From positions 64,001 to 128,000 of the forward strand of contig CAWFXL010000001.1 in the NCBI GenBank assembly GCA_963819815.1: DNA of 64,000 nucleotides, written 5' to 3'. The notes under the pieces are model-generated. The model was not told the DNA's origin, searched no databases, and saw nothing but the letters and a program-made list of their open reading frames with translations. The DNA is from an uncultured bacterium (GTDB lineage: Bacteria; Babelota; Babeliae; Babelales; Babelaceae). Positions 47,854-57,909 of the stretch are shown one piece after another (positions within the stretch are counted from its first letter, which is position 1; each line of letters starts with the position of its first letter). The translations under genes and the position numbers were made by a program.

Positions 47854-49737
47854 CTAGGCAGATCTCGTCTCAGGCGAAAGTGAATGAGCATGCTCCCGTA
47901 TAACCTTTTCAAATGACTCGGCTACTCCTTCGAGACTTAACTCATCGATTTCAACACTCCATTTTTTAAGGACAATCTCTTTTTGTGGATCTACGAGTAA
48001 ATAGGTAGGAAAGCCGATAATCTCATGACCATAGAGCTTTTTAATCTGCTCATAGCTTTCTACTTGTATGTCTGAATCGATCTTTAAGAGAGTCATGCGA
48101 GAAAGCGTAGGCTGTAATGACGGTTGCTTAAATATGCGTGTATCAAATGCTTTACATGCTGCACAATAAGTTGCTCCAATATCAATAAAGAGGAGCTTGC
48201 TATCGGTACGAGCCTGATCCCGAGCTCCGGCATAGTCATGGTGCCAAACAGCCATTGTTGTTTCTGTACGCGTCTCCTCCGGAAAGAGATGCTCAAGTAG
48301 GGCTTTTTGGCCTTGTGCACCTATAATGCATGCAATCACGATTAGCAGAGTTCCCATGAAGTTCTTATAGCGACGAAGCCAGAGTGAGTCATACGGTTTA
48401 ATCGTTACGAAGTAATAGATACCAAGTACGAGGAAGGTAAGGACTGATAGCCAGACAAAGAGATACCAGGGGAATAACCTTTCGAGGTGTGAAAGATGAT
48501 AGAGTGCCATACTGATAAGCATGATGCCCACGATCTTTTTCACTTCGATCATCCAAGCTCCAGCTTTTGGTAACATGGAGAGTGATCCTGAAAAAGTTCC
48601 TATGATAAGCAGTGGTAAGCTTGAACCTACCCCAAAGATAAAGAGAAGAATAAAACCTTCGAAGTACCCGGTGATCGATACGGCAGCAAGATGTGCCACA
48701 TAGTTCAAAATAAGAATAAGCCCTGGAGATAAGCAGGGTGAAGCCACCGTACCGCTAAGAACTCCAAAGATAAAGGCCGAACGCTTAGAGCCGCCTTTTA
48801 CTTTGGAGTTTCTTGATTGGAGCCATGCGGGAATTGGCATCTGAAGAATATCAAACATAATGAGACCAAAATAAACGAGTAGCGCAGAAAGTGGCAGAAT
48901 GATATAGGGACTGCCCTGTAACTCACCAAAGATACAACTTCCAAGTGCGGCAATTAAACCGAGCATGGCAAACGTAAGTGATATACCCAAAGTATAAAAC
49001 AGGGCAAGTAAAAAATTGTGAAATGCTGAAACTGAGCCACTTGCCTGAAGTACCCCGATCGTGATAGGAATCATAGGATAGATACAGGGCGTGAGACTAA
49101 GCATTATACCAAGAAGAAGCGCTGCAAGTATACGTACGGTGCGAGAGCCTGTTTGGGTAAAGAGTGAGGTCAGAGTTGCCTGTGCATGTGAAATGGTAAT
49201 ACTCAGATAATTAAGTACTTTTCTAAAGAGATTACCTACGATCGATGGCTGGGTAGGTTCACATTCGAGCGGAGTCGCAAGGGGAGCCTTTTTTTGTTGA
49301 GTTTGCGTTGCTTCAGCAGCTGGAACAGCTTTTTGAGGAAGCGAAAAGAACAGAGAGACCGTTTTTTCTTGAGGCTGCTTATCGCTACTCACCATAAAAT
49401 GGGTATGCACGAGCGCTTCTGGATGTTGAGCGTTAGGTTTAATAGTAGCGATCGTTTTAAAGGTCACCTTATCCTTATAACCGTCCTTATGCTTTTTATA
49501 GGTCTCATCAAAAAATGATACCGGCTCAGAGGTTGTTATTAAAGGTGATAGGGTAACCACTGGAGTATTCACACTGGGAATAAGGCTTTCTTTATAGAGA
49601 TATTCCTGTGGTTGTAGGGTAAAGGTAAGCGCAATCTCTTGAGTAGTGGGAGACAATTCTTTGAGTGTTTCCTTTACCTCATAAGCCTGTAGTATGCTAT
49701 AGGTACTTATGAGAGTTATATACATAAGTTTTTTCAT
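47854..49737 (-). CDS. dsbD: Thiol:disulfide interchange protein DsbD (start re-assigned to MKKLMY)
   Basis: SLTPCIYPMIP, ASPC, LPKAGAWM, thioredoxin-like YCAAC. Confidence 0.9.
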   Translation of the reverse strand: MKKLMYITLISTYSILQAYEVKETLKELSPTTQEIALTFTLQPQEYLYKESLIPSVNTPVVTLSPLITTSEPVSFFDETYKKHKDGYKDKVTFKTIATIKPNAQHPEALVHTHFMVSSDKQPQEKTVSLFFSLPQKAVPAAEATQTQQKKAPLATPLECEPTQPSIVGNLFRKVLNYLSITISHAQATLTSLFTQTGSRTVRILAALLLGIMLSLTPCIYPMIPITIGVLQASGSVSAFHNFLLALFYTLGISLTFAMLGLIAALGSCIFGELQGSPYIILPLSALLVYFGLIMFDILQMPIPAWLQSRNSKVKGGSKRSAFIFGVLSGTVASPCLSPGLILILNYVAHLAAVSITGYFEGFILLFIFGVGSSLPLLIIGTFSGSLSMLPKAGAWMIEVKKIVGIMLISMALYHLSHLERLFPWYLFVWLSVLTFLVLGIYYFVTIKPYDSLWLRRYKNFMGTLLIVIACIIGAQGQKALLEHLFPEETRTETTMAVWHHDYAGARDQARTDSKLLFIDIGATYCAACKAFDTRIFKQPSLQPTLSRMTLLKIDSDIQVESYEQIKKLYGHEIIGFPTYLLVDPQKEIVLKKWSVEIDELSLEGVAESFEKVIREHAHSLSPETRSA

Positions 49738-49829
49738 TGTAAGATCCTTTATCCGGTAATCCTGGTGCTCATGATGTAGTATGAAGGACTTGCCATTTTT
49801 GTTGCTCTGCATAGACTTAGTATGACCGT

Positions 49830-49905
49830 GGGGTTGTAGCTCATCTGGTAGAGCGCATGGATGGCATTCATGAGGTAATGGGTTCGACTCCCATCAACTC
49901 CACCA
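49830..49905 (+). tRNA. tRNA-Ala(GGC)
   Basis: GGGGTTG/CAACTCC with G3:U70, anticodon loop ATGGCAT, CCA. Confidence 0.96.
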
Positions 49906-49906
49906 T

Positions 49907-50722
49907 TTATAATTCTTTAATAGCGATATTTCCTCGTGTTGCCCCAAGAGTTATCGGTGCAACGTTTTCCATGGTTAGCTCTGTTTCTGTTTTGGCACCT
50001 AAGATGCCGTTTACTTCTTTTCTCAGACGATCAATCCAGTTCTTATCAAGTTTTGTGGTGATTGTCATAGAAACAGGATGATCAGATGTTATTGTTCCAT
50101 GTTGTACTGTTGCTTGTAGGGACGCACGAGTTTCAGGTGGCAAGGAAAGGGTGATATTTCCTTTGTCTGAAGATTGTAAAAAGATACTCTGCGTATCTAG
50201 GAGCTTTGACTGGCTGACCGAGATCGATCCAGTACCAGTTTTTGCAATGACCGATTTTTTAGAGCCTCGTATATCGATGGCCCCATCTTCTACAGAGACA
50301 TCGATATCACCTTCAACACCTTGTATGGTTACCGGACCATTGGTCTGAGTTATCTTCAGAGAAACATCTTCAGGAACCCGCAGGGTATACTCAACCTGTG
50401 CAGTACTTTTTTCATCTTTAGGATGGGTTCGTATTAATACTTCAGATCCGGTTACTTTGTTCGTAACCGTGGTTCCCTCAACAAGTTCCAAGGTTCCTGT
50501 TTTTTGGATATCAAGTGCAATCTTTTGTTGACCCCATGGCTTAACCGTAATAGAGCCATCAGTATTATAAAGCTCTACATGGGCATTCTTAGGTACAGGG
50601 ATCGATTGTTCGATTTTCTGCACTTCCTTTTTTTTCATAAAGTTTAGATTAAAATTGATTGCTCCTAGCTGAATGTGGTATACCTGAGTAGACAGAAGTA
50701 GGAAAAGAAGTAGTTTATTCAT
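49907..50722 (-). CDS. Secreted beta-strand-repeat protein, DUF4097/putative adhesin-like (start re-assigned to MNKLLL)
   Basis: Repeated xxGxIxI beta motifs (NTDGSITV, TNGPVTI, EDGAIDI, GTGSISV, DKGNITL). Confidence 0.75.
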   Translation of the reverse strand: MNKLLLFLLLSTQVYHIQLGAINFNLNFMKKKEVQKIEQSIPVPKNAHVELYNTDGSITVKPWGQQKIALDIQKTGTLELVEGTTVTNKVTGSEVLIRTHPKDEKSTAQVEYTLRVPEDVSLKITQTNGPVTIQGVEGDIDVSVEDGAIDIRGSKKSVIAKTGTGSISVSQSKLLDTQSIFLQSSDKGNITLSLPPETRASLQATVQHGTITSDHPVSMTITTKLDKNWIDRLRKEVNGILGAKTETELTMENVAPITLGATRGNIAIKEL

Positions 50723-50759
50723 AAGATCTGTTCCTTTATGTAGGGCGTCGGAAATCACT

Positions 50760-52196
50760 ATGCAGTCTACACAAAATTTAGCTTTTAGAGAACCGGAACT
50801 TACTCGGCTTCTCAATGCGCATCCTTTTATACCCTATGTGGTTACAAGAATTGATGAAGCTTCTGGGGTAGCGTATCTTGTAGGGGGTGCAGTTCGTGAT
50901 CTTGTTCTTGGGCTTGAGGTGTATGATATGGACATAGAAGTCCATGGCCTTTCCCTTGATCAGTTAAGTGACATTCTTTCCCAGGAAGGTCCTGTGAGCT
51001 ACGTAGGCAAATCGTTTGGCGTTCTTAAGCTGCATGGTACGCTTACCGATTGGTCCTTGCCACGGTCTGATACGTCAGGGCGCAAGCCTCAGGTAATTAT
51101 TAATCCTGATTTAGATATCGTTGAAGCTCTTCGAAGGCGTGATCTTACGATGAATGCCATGGCCATAAATCTTGTTACCAAGGAGTTTGTAGATCCATTT
51201 CATGGCCTTGATGACCTGAGAAAAAAACTGTTACGATCTCCTGATATCGATTTCTTTTGTGAAGATCCTCTGAGATTTTATCGAGTGATGCAGTTCATTG
51301 GCCGCTTCGATATGTATCCCGATGAAATTCTTACCGAACAATGCAAGCGGATGGATATTGAAGATGTATCGGTCGAACGTATTGAATGTGAGGTTGAGAA
51401 ACTTCTTCTTAAAAGCAGGAGACCTTCCCTAGGATTTCGGTGGCTTCATACCATTGGCAGGCTCCGTGAAATTCTTCCTGAGCTTGCTCAAACTGAAGAT
51501 ATTGCGCAAGATCCAAAATGGCATCCAGAAGGCAATGTTTTTGAGCATCTCATGCAAACTCTTGATGCTGCAGCTCAGATTGATAAAGGGACCACAGCAT
51601 TAAATCTTATTTTGCGCTACGCAGCCTTGTGCCATGATCTTGGTAAAGTTTCAACATCTCAAGTTATTGATGGTCGCATTAGAAGTCCTGGTCATGCTGA
51701 AGCAGGAGTTCCTTATGCCCATGCTCTCTTAAAACGAATTACTCGCAATGTAAAACTTATTGCTACCGTTAAAGCTCTTGTAAAGGCACATATGCTCCCG
51801 AGTCAGTTTGTTAAGCAGCATTCTTCACTTGCAGCTTATAGAAGGTTAGCTTTGAGACTTGCTCCCTTGACTAATGCAGATATGCTCATCAGTCTTTCAT
51901 TGGCCGACCGAAGGGGCAGAAATCCACAAGGTCATGAGCCGCTTACTCTCACACCTCCTTATGTAAAAACTTTCATAGAGCAAGCTCAAGAAGCACAAGC
52001 ATTACATGAGCCAGAAAAACCTATCTTACAAGGTCATGATATTAGGGATCTCGTTGAACCAGGACCTGAGATGGGCAAGCTTTTAAAGTATGCTTTTAAT
52101 CTGCAGATTGAACAATCTATTAAGAGCAAGGAGCTCTTGAAAAAGATGGTAGTAGAAGAGTTGCGTTTGCAAAAAGAAAAACTGAGGTCTTACTAA
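50760..52196 (+). CDS. cca: CCA tRNA nucleotidyltransferase with HD domain
   Basis: LVGGAVRD, DMDIE, RRDLTMNA, EDPLR, WHPEG, CHDLGK. Confidence 0.93.
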   Translation: MQSTQNLAFREPELTRLLNAHPFIPYVVTRIDEASGVAYLVGGAVRDLVLGLEVYDMDIEVHGLSLDQLSDILSQEGPVSYVGKSFGVLKLHGTLTDWSLPRSDTSGRKPQVIINPDLDIVEALRRRDLTMNAMAINLVTKEFVDPFHGLDDLRKKLLRSPDIDFFCEDPLRFYRVMQFIGRFDMYPDEILTEQCKRMDIEDVSVERIECEVEKLLLKSRRPSLGFRWLHTIGRLREILPELAQTEDIAQDPKWHPEGNVFEHLMQTLDAAAQIDKGTTALNLILRYAALCHDLGKVSTSQVIDGRIRSPGHAEAGVPYAHALLKRITRNVKLIATVKALVKAHMLPSQFVKQHSSLAAYRRLALRLAPLTNADMLISLSLADRRGRNPQGHEPLTLTPPYVKTFIEQAQEAQALHEPEKPILQGHDIRDLVEPGPEMGKLLKYAFNLQIEQSIKSKELLKKMVVEELRLQKEKLRSY

Positions 52197-52361
52197 TAAT
52201 AAGATTGACCTTTTGCTACGACTATGAGTGGTAATGCATGATGCAAGGTAAAAAGTGCCGGCAACTATTGCATATATGCAAACCACTTTGGTACTCTTTC
52301 GATGGATGTGAAGAATGACGTCAAGAGAAATTTTAAAATCTTTTACCCAAGTGGAAGTTGA

Positions 52362-53105
52362 ATGAAAAAACTTATCATACCATTACTAGTCATCTCTGCA
52401 TCTATGAATGCCCAGGTAGGTTCTCAGCCGTTATATGTCAAAAATATAACGATTGCTCCTACGCCCGGGTTATGTGGCCAACCTGCAACAGAACCCCTAA
52501 CTGCAACAATATCGATAACCGCTGCAGGTGGCAACCCAGCAGCAGATGGTTCCTATACGTATCTAATAAGTCCCTTGAATATTACCATTAATGCAGTTAC
52601 TGCTACATTTGAGTTTTCTAGTATTGACGATAGTTTCGCCATTCAGATAAGCGATTCATCACAGAATACGCTATTTATTGATGAGCCATTTAAGTTTTTT
52701 GGGGGAGCTTCTACAGCTACAGCTGTTAGTGTTGATGTTGTTTCATTACCGCTTGGTATGGGAGCTGGATGCTTTACCCTTACAGTTATGGGAGGCAATG
52801 TAACAGGTCCCATTTCTTTTGAATTTAACCCCTTTGAGGGTCCCAATATCTTTTTTATTCCGGTAGAAGTAGGAGGTTCGGAAATAGTTTCAAAGGCACC
52901 TTTTACAGTGACCTTTTCCGCTGCGCCCAGTCCTTTCATTAATGCTTTAATTACCATTGATAATGATTGCTCTGGAACAACAACGTCCAAGTTCAAATTC
53001 TTTTTTCCCTTTCCTCAAGGAATAAGCAATGCTTTGAAAGCCTATATATTTAATAAATATTGCAGCTGTCCTCTGAGTAGTACCGCAACGGCTACTCATA
53101 TATAA
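52362..53105 (+). CDS. Secreted beta-rich protein with conserved C-terminal SNALKAYIFNKYCxC tail (paralog 1)
   Basis: Signal peptide; shares N- and C-terminal blocks with 57910..58590. Confidence 0.8.
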   Translation: MKKLIIPLLVISASMNAQVGSQPLYVKNITIAPTPGLCGQPATEPLTATISITAAGGNPAADGSYTYLISPLNITINAVTATFEFSSIDDSFAIQISDSSQNTLFIDEPFKFFGGASTATAVSVDVVSLPLGMGAGCFTLTVMGGNVTGPISFEFNPFEGPNIFFIPVEVGGSEIVSKAPFTVTFSAAPSPFINALITIDNDCSGTTTSKFKFFFPFPQGISNALKAYIFNKYCSCPLSSTATATHI

Positions 53106-53126
53106 TCTTCACATACGTTTTGATAG

Positions 53127-53163
53127 TGTTCCAAGGAGCAGTTAAAGTCTCCTTGGAACATTA
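53127..53163 (+). terminator. Hairpin after paralog 1
   Basis: TGTTCCAAGGAG...CTCCTTGGAACA. Confidence 0.65.
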
Positions 53164-53288
53164 TCTATGTCTTCTCAGGATCTGCTGGCCGACTGAATCC
53201 GAACCTAGCTGGCAAACGTGAGCTCTTGCAAGCTGCTTTAAAGCCGCTGTCGTTGACGATAGGAGAGGCATGGTATCGTCTTAAATTC

Positions 53289-53990
53289 CTAGACGATACT
53301 GCATGGTCCTGAAGCTGCTGTTGAACTTGTTTGGGAAGGCGCACTCGTTACATCATGGAATTCTTTTTCCAGTTCATCAGTTGTACTTGAAGTTTCTTTT
53401 TCAGAATCAGCATGAAATTCCTTACGCCCCGCTTTCATCGATTCGATAAGAGTGATAAATTTAATCAGTTCTTGATAGACTTTCTCAAAACGACAAATGA
53501 GCTCTTCAATGTCCTTAGTTTTTGCCTGGGGTGCCTGAGCAACCATGGCATCAAGAGTTTGTTGATCGAGCGAGCTTAACACAGAGAGTTTTGCAAGAAC
53601 TTCCTCGGGTTGAAGAAGAGTAATAGGAGCAAGCAAATTAACATCTGCAGAGTAAAGACGTACTGCCCTGATTAAGCGAGCTCCATAGGCTGTACGTAAG
53701 CTTTTTGCGGTTTTAAGCCTTTCGATAATAGCACTTGAGCTTTTGGCGACTGCTCGAGAAGCGAGAAGAAGGTCATCTGTTTCTTGCATGCTGGATTTTT
53801 TTGCAAGTTGTATAAGTGCTTGCTGTTGTTTTTCAGATAACTGACTGAGCTCCTGAAATTGGATCCAGGTCTCTTTGTGATCCCAGGTTGTCTGTTGGAC
53901 TTCACTTATCGGCTTGGTTTCATTCATTCCACTACACAGAGGTACTAGAGAGAGTATTCCTACAAGATATACTACGATTCTTTTTTTCAT
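53289..53990 (-). CDS. Secreted helical protein ending in a CaaX box (CSIV); candidate prenylated effector
   Basis: AGGAGA SD before MKKRIV, signal peptide, C-terminus GPCSIV*. Confidence 0.75.
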   Translation of the reverse strand: MKKRIVVYLVGILSLVPLCSGMNETKPISEVQQTTWDHKETWIQFQELSQLSEKQQQALIQLAKKSSMQETDDLLLASRAVAKSSSAIIERLKTAKSLRTAYGARLIRAVRLYSADVNLLAPITLLQPEEVLAKLSVLSSLDQQTLDAMVAQAPQAKTKDIEELICRFEKVYQELIKFITLIESMKAGRKEFHADSEKETSSTTDELEKEFHDVTSAPSQTSSTAASGPCSIV

Positions 53991-54294
53991 GAGATTCTCC
54001 TTTTTTTGTGGCATAGCATTAGGCTTAAAGTAGAGGGACTATAGGGGCTTGTCAACGAAAATCCTTTCTCTGAGTGCGCTCTGTTTGTTAGCACAATGGA
54101 TTCTGAGGTGAATTTTCAATCTCAGTCTGAGCTTCATTTTCTAAAGTGGCATGCATAAACTATCAAATACTCATGGAGTGATTGTGCGTCCTCCTGTGTG
54201 AACAGTGAACAAGGTCTTTTTGTTCTTTTCAAAAAAACCCTTTCAGAGTATCCTTATCCTATATGAGACAATATCAAACCAAGAAGGTGCTTTC

Positions 54295-55023
54295 ATGAAT
54301 GTCGGACTATGGGCTATTATTTCTTCAACTGATCTCATGAGTAAGGGAATACTGCTTTTGCTTCTTGCTGTATCGATTGCCTGTTGGGCCTTAGCTTTCT
54401 ATGTGCACTCTGCTTTCAAAGAAAAACATGCATCCTTAAAACGAGCCAAAGAGTTGCTCATTAATGTAAAAGGAATGGACGATTTTCTTGCTCGCTTGTC
54501 CGTGATGCAGTCAACCTATGCAGGTGAGCTTATTGCGTCATTTTTAGGTGACTTTAAAAAACTACTGAGAGCCAATGACTCGAACCATATGGTGGATGAT
54601 AGAGATTGGTATCTTCTTCAATCTTCCATGAACCAGCATATTGATCAAGCAGTTGCCCATGAAGAGTCGTATCTTGGGTTATTATCTACCAGTGCTGCAG
54701 CTGCTCCTCTTGTAGGGTTATTTGGTACGGTATGGGGACTCATTCATGCCTTTATGGGGATAGCAGAAAAACATAGCGCAGATATTTCTGCAGTGGCACC
54801 GGGAATCTCTGAAGCATTACTTACTACCTTAGCTGGCTTAGTTGTCGCTATTCCATCGCTTTGCATGTATGCCTTTTTACAAGCAAGAATTCGTAGAATA
54901 GAACAAGAAATTGTTGACTTGGCTGATGAGTGCTTATGGATTATGCGGGGAGTCTTGACTTCGCCATCACGTAAGACAGCTTCTATACAACGGAGTCCCG
55001 TGCACGTTGAGGAGTCTCTATGA
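54295..55023 (+). CDS. tolQ: TolQ/ExbB proton channel protein (start re-assigned to MNVGLW)
   Basis: PLVGLFGTVWG, VAPGISEALLTT.AGL.VAIP. Confidence 0.92.
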   Translation: MNVGLWAIISSTDLMSKGILLLLLAVSIACWALAFYVHSAFKEKHASLKRAKELLINVKGMDDFLARLSVMQSTYAGELIASFLGDFKKLLRANDSNHMVDDRDWYLLQSSMNQHIDQAVAHEESYLGLLSTSAAAAPLVGLFGTVWGLIHAFMGIAEKHSADISAVAPGISEALLTTLAGLVVAIPSLCMYAFLQARIRRIEQEIVDLADECLWIMRGVLTSPSRKTASIQRSPVHVEESL

Positions 55024-55436
55024 TACTTGGTCGACGCAAAAGAAAAGAGAACCGACTTCCTGAGATAACATTAACGCCATTAATTGATACTGCTCTGGTA
55101 TTGTTGGTGATTTTCATGGTGGCGACACCTATTATGCATAACTCTTTAGAAATCAATTTACCTTCGGGGCAGATGAAAGAGGGTGCACAGTCTACTGCAT
55201 CTTCATTGGTTGTTTTTATCTCAGGTGAGGAAAAAATGCAGCTCAACGGCACCTCCTATAAGCTTGATAGCTTGCTTGCTGAGTTAGCAAAAAAGGTTGC
55301 AAAAACAAAAGATACTCGCGTGTATGTCAATTGTGATCGTAAGGTATCATCCGGAACGCTCGTAAAAGTAATAGACTCAATAAAATATGTAGCGGGGGTT
55401 GAGCATGTTATTCTCTCCACCGAACGAGTTCGGTAA
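55020..55436 (+). CDS. tolR: TolR/ExbD
   Basis: EITLTPLIDTALVLLVIFMVATP. Confidence 0.92.
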   Translation: MILGRRKRKENRLPEITLTPLIDTALVLLVIFMVATPIMHNSLEINLPSGQMKEGAQSTASSLVVFISGEEKMQLNGTSYKLDSLLAELAKKVAKTKDTRVYVNCDRKVSSGTLVKVIDSIKYVAGVEHVILSTERVR

Positions 55437-56439
55437 GCACACATTCTATAAGCTGATAGGGTTTTCTTGTGCAGTACATAGCCTGCTTCTGCTGCTTATC
55501 TTTGGCACTGAAGTATGGTTGAGTATGCGTCCTCAGACGGTTTTACTGAGAAAACCGGGCCGGGTAAGTCTATCAAGGCGTGGCAAAAAGCCCCAAGGTG
55601 CTTTGCAGGGTACTCCAAAGAACTTAGGTTTATCGGGCGGCCAAGAAAAGTCTCAACCTGTAGAACCTCAGCAGTCACCTAAAACTGCTGACAGTGCAGA
55701 GCCTCAGAAATTAGTGGCTAATGACGTTGAGAAAACTACTCCTACAAAAAAAGAGAGTGAGAAAAAAGCACAACCGGCTTTAAAGACAAAAGATCTTCCT
55801 GCAAAGCCGAGGGTTGAGAAAAGCGTAGAGAAAAAAATTCCTGCGGAAAAAAAAGCAGCTACAAAAAAAGAGTCTCTCAAACCTGAAAGTAAAAAAGAAT
55901 TAAAGCCAGCTGAAAAAGAAGTGGCTCCACCTGCAGAAAAAGCCCAAAAAAAAGAACTGGCACAAAAAGAGATAGCTCAAGAGAAAGAACCGGGGAAAGC
56001 ACACAAAGAACCTGAAAAAGCTTTGAAAGTGGTTGAAAAAAAGGATACTCAGAATACAAACGATGTGTCTTCAAAACCTGAAAAATCGAGCAATGTACAT
56101 ACTGGAACTCAGGCCGTAGCAGTTCAAAGTTTGCTAAGTGCCCAACAGGAAGAACAGGGTGATGCTACGGGTGAAGAGTATGAGGAGGTACATGCTGCGG
56201 AAGCTGCCTATTCTGAAGATAGTATTCAGCAAGAGTTTGGACGAAACTTTACCATTCCGGAAGGTTTTGATGAGTATGATTCGTTTACGATATCCTTTGA
56301 TATTAAAGATGGCAAGGTGATGAATGTGAGCCCCCACACCAAGGGTGCTTTAGTGGTCTACACTGCGGTGAAAGATGCCTTGCTTAAGTCTACTATGCCA
56401 AAACGAAATAGAAAAAATATAGTCTGGGTTATAACCTAA
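55405..56439 (+). CDS. tolA: TolA-like membrane-anchored Lys/Glu-rich protein
   Basis: N-terminal TM with SxxxH (SCAVHS), long KE-rich linker, position between tolR and tolB. Confidence 0.7.
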   Translation: MLFSPPNEFGKHTFYKLIGFSCAVHSLLLLLIFGTEVWLSMRPQTVLLRKPGRVSLSRRGKKPQGALQGTPKNLGLSGGQEKSQPVEPQQSPKTADSAEPQKLVANDVEKTTPTKKESEKKAQPALKTKDLPAKPRVEKSVEKKIPAEKKAATKKESLKPESKKELKPAEKEVAPPAEKAQKKELAQKEIAQEKEPGKAHKEPEKALKVVEKKDTQNTNDVSSKPEKSSNVHTGTQAVAVQSLLSAQQEEQGDATGEEYEEVHAAEAAYSEDSIQQEFGRNFTIPEGFDEYDSFTISFDIKDGKVMNVSPHTKGALVVYTAVKDALLKSTMPKRNRKNIVWVIT

Positions 56440-56450
56440 ATGGAATATGT

Positions 56451-57773
56451 ATGAAAGCGCAGTACCTTGTTGGTTTCTTCTGTATGCTCGTGAACATAAG
56501 CTATGCTTCTGAAATAAAGCAAAGTCTCTATGAGCATGCAACACTCAAGGCGATGCCGTTACTGGTGGTGGTCAGTCCTGAAAATGATACCGAGCTTATG
56601 AGCATAGCACAGATCCTTGCAAAAAATCTTGAGCGAAGTGGTCAGTTTACGGTAACGCTTAAGGCAACTCGGGAGCCTTCAAAGAAGTCTGAATTAGAGG
56701 GGCTCTTTGAGAAGGGCTATCCGTTACAGATATTTTTACAGCACGATGATGGTAGGAAATCAATTGGATGGCGGCTCTATGATGTAGCTGATCAGCGCTT
56801 AGTTAAAGGTAAAAAATGTACCAAGCGTGGTGCTCTTGCACATGGGTATGCAGATAACCTTGCAGATGATATATGGCCGGTGCTTACCAATCAGCCAAGC
56901 TCATTTTCATCGAAGCTTGCCTATGTAAAGAAAAAGAATGTTCCTGGGCAAAAAGATCGGCAGCGCTCTCAAGTGTGCGTAGCAAATAGTGATGGTTCTC
57001 ATGAGCAGCTTATTATTCCGCAAATGGGGACGTATGTCAGTCTTTACTGGCATCATGACAAGAATAATCCCTGTATCTTCTGCTCAGAGTTCACCCGATA
57101 CAATGTTCGTTTTGTATCAGCAAACTTCCATGGACAAAAAAGGACAGTCCTCGATCTTAAAGGTACCTGTGTCGGCATATCTCTCTCAAATGAAACGAAT
57201 AAGGCTGTCTATTGTAGGTCGGGAACTATTTGGGAATATGTCTATGATCCCGTACAGATGCAGGCAGCACACCGTGTTCTTATTGCTAATGATGGTAATA
57301 ATGTGTCTCCCACACTGCTACCTTCGGGCGACGTTGTTTTTTGTTCTGATGCACCTTCGTTATTGCACAGTGCTAAATCCAAAGGGCCCAAGATCATTAA
57401 ATACTCTGCACGTGATAAATCTACGACACTTTTAACGAAGGACGGTTATTGTGTGGGGCCAAGTTATTCTAAAGCTACCGGCAAGATTGCCTATTCTAAG
57501 AAACTAAATGGTGAGATGCAGCTCTTTGTCTGTGATCCTGCAAATCATACTGATGTACAAATTACCTTCGACCATGGCAATAAGATAGACTGCTGCTGGT
57601 CACCCTGTGGTAAGTACTTAGTATTTTGTTACCGCAATGGTCGAATTAGTAGGATTGCCGTTATGCATGTAGGCTTAAAGAAAAGATACTATATTACTCC
57701 AGCTCATGAATATTGCACATCACCTGCCTGGTCGCCTGTGTATGATGAAGTACCTAGCATAATCACACGGTGA
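56451..57773 (+). CDS. tolB: TolB-like periplasmic beta-propeller
   Basis: Signal peptide, PD40-like repeats (SPT, GPSYS, CWSPCG, SPAWSP), operon context. Confidence 0.85.
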   Translation: MKAQYLVGFFCMLVNISYASEIKQSLYEHATLKAMPLLVVVSPENDTELMSIAQILAKNLERSGQFTVTLKATREPSKKSELEGLFEKGYPLQIFLQHDDGRKSIGWRLYDVADQRLVKGKKCTKRGALAHGYADNLADDIWPVLTNQPSSFSSKLAYVKKKNVPGQKDRQRSQVCVANSDGSHEQLIIPQMGTYVSLYWHHDKNNPCIFCSEFTRYNVRFVSANFHGQKRTVLDLKGTCVGISLSNETNKAVYCRSGTIWEYVYDPVQMQAAHRVLIANDGNNVSPTLLPSGDVVFCSDAPSLLHSAKSKGPKIIKYSARDKSTTLLTKDGYCVGPSYSKATGKIAYSKKLNGEMQLFVCDPANHTDVQITFDHGNKIDCCWSPCGKYLVFCYRNGRISRIAVMHVGLKKRYYITPAHEYCTSPAWSPVYDEVPSIITR

Positions 57774-57909
57774 GCGAATTAAAGGGGCAGGCTAAACGAC
57801 TTTTGTGCCGATAAGACCTTATCTAGCAAAACGTCTATCCTTCTCCGTTTCTGCCTTAAGGCAAAAATGTGAGAGAGCTTCAGCGATTTTTTCGCACAAA
57901 AAAGTGATA

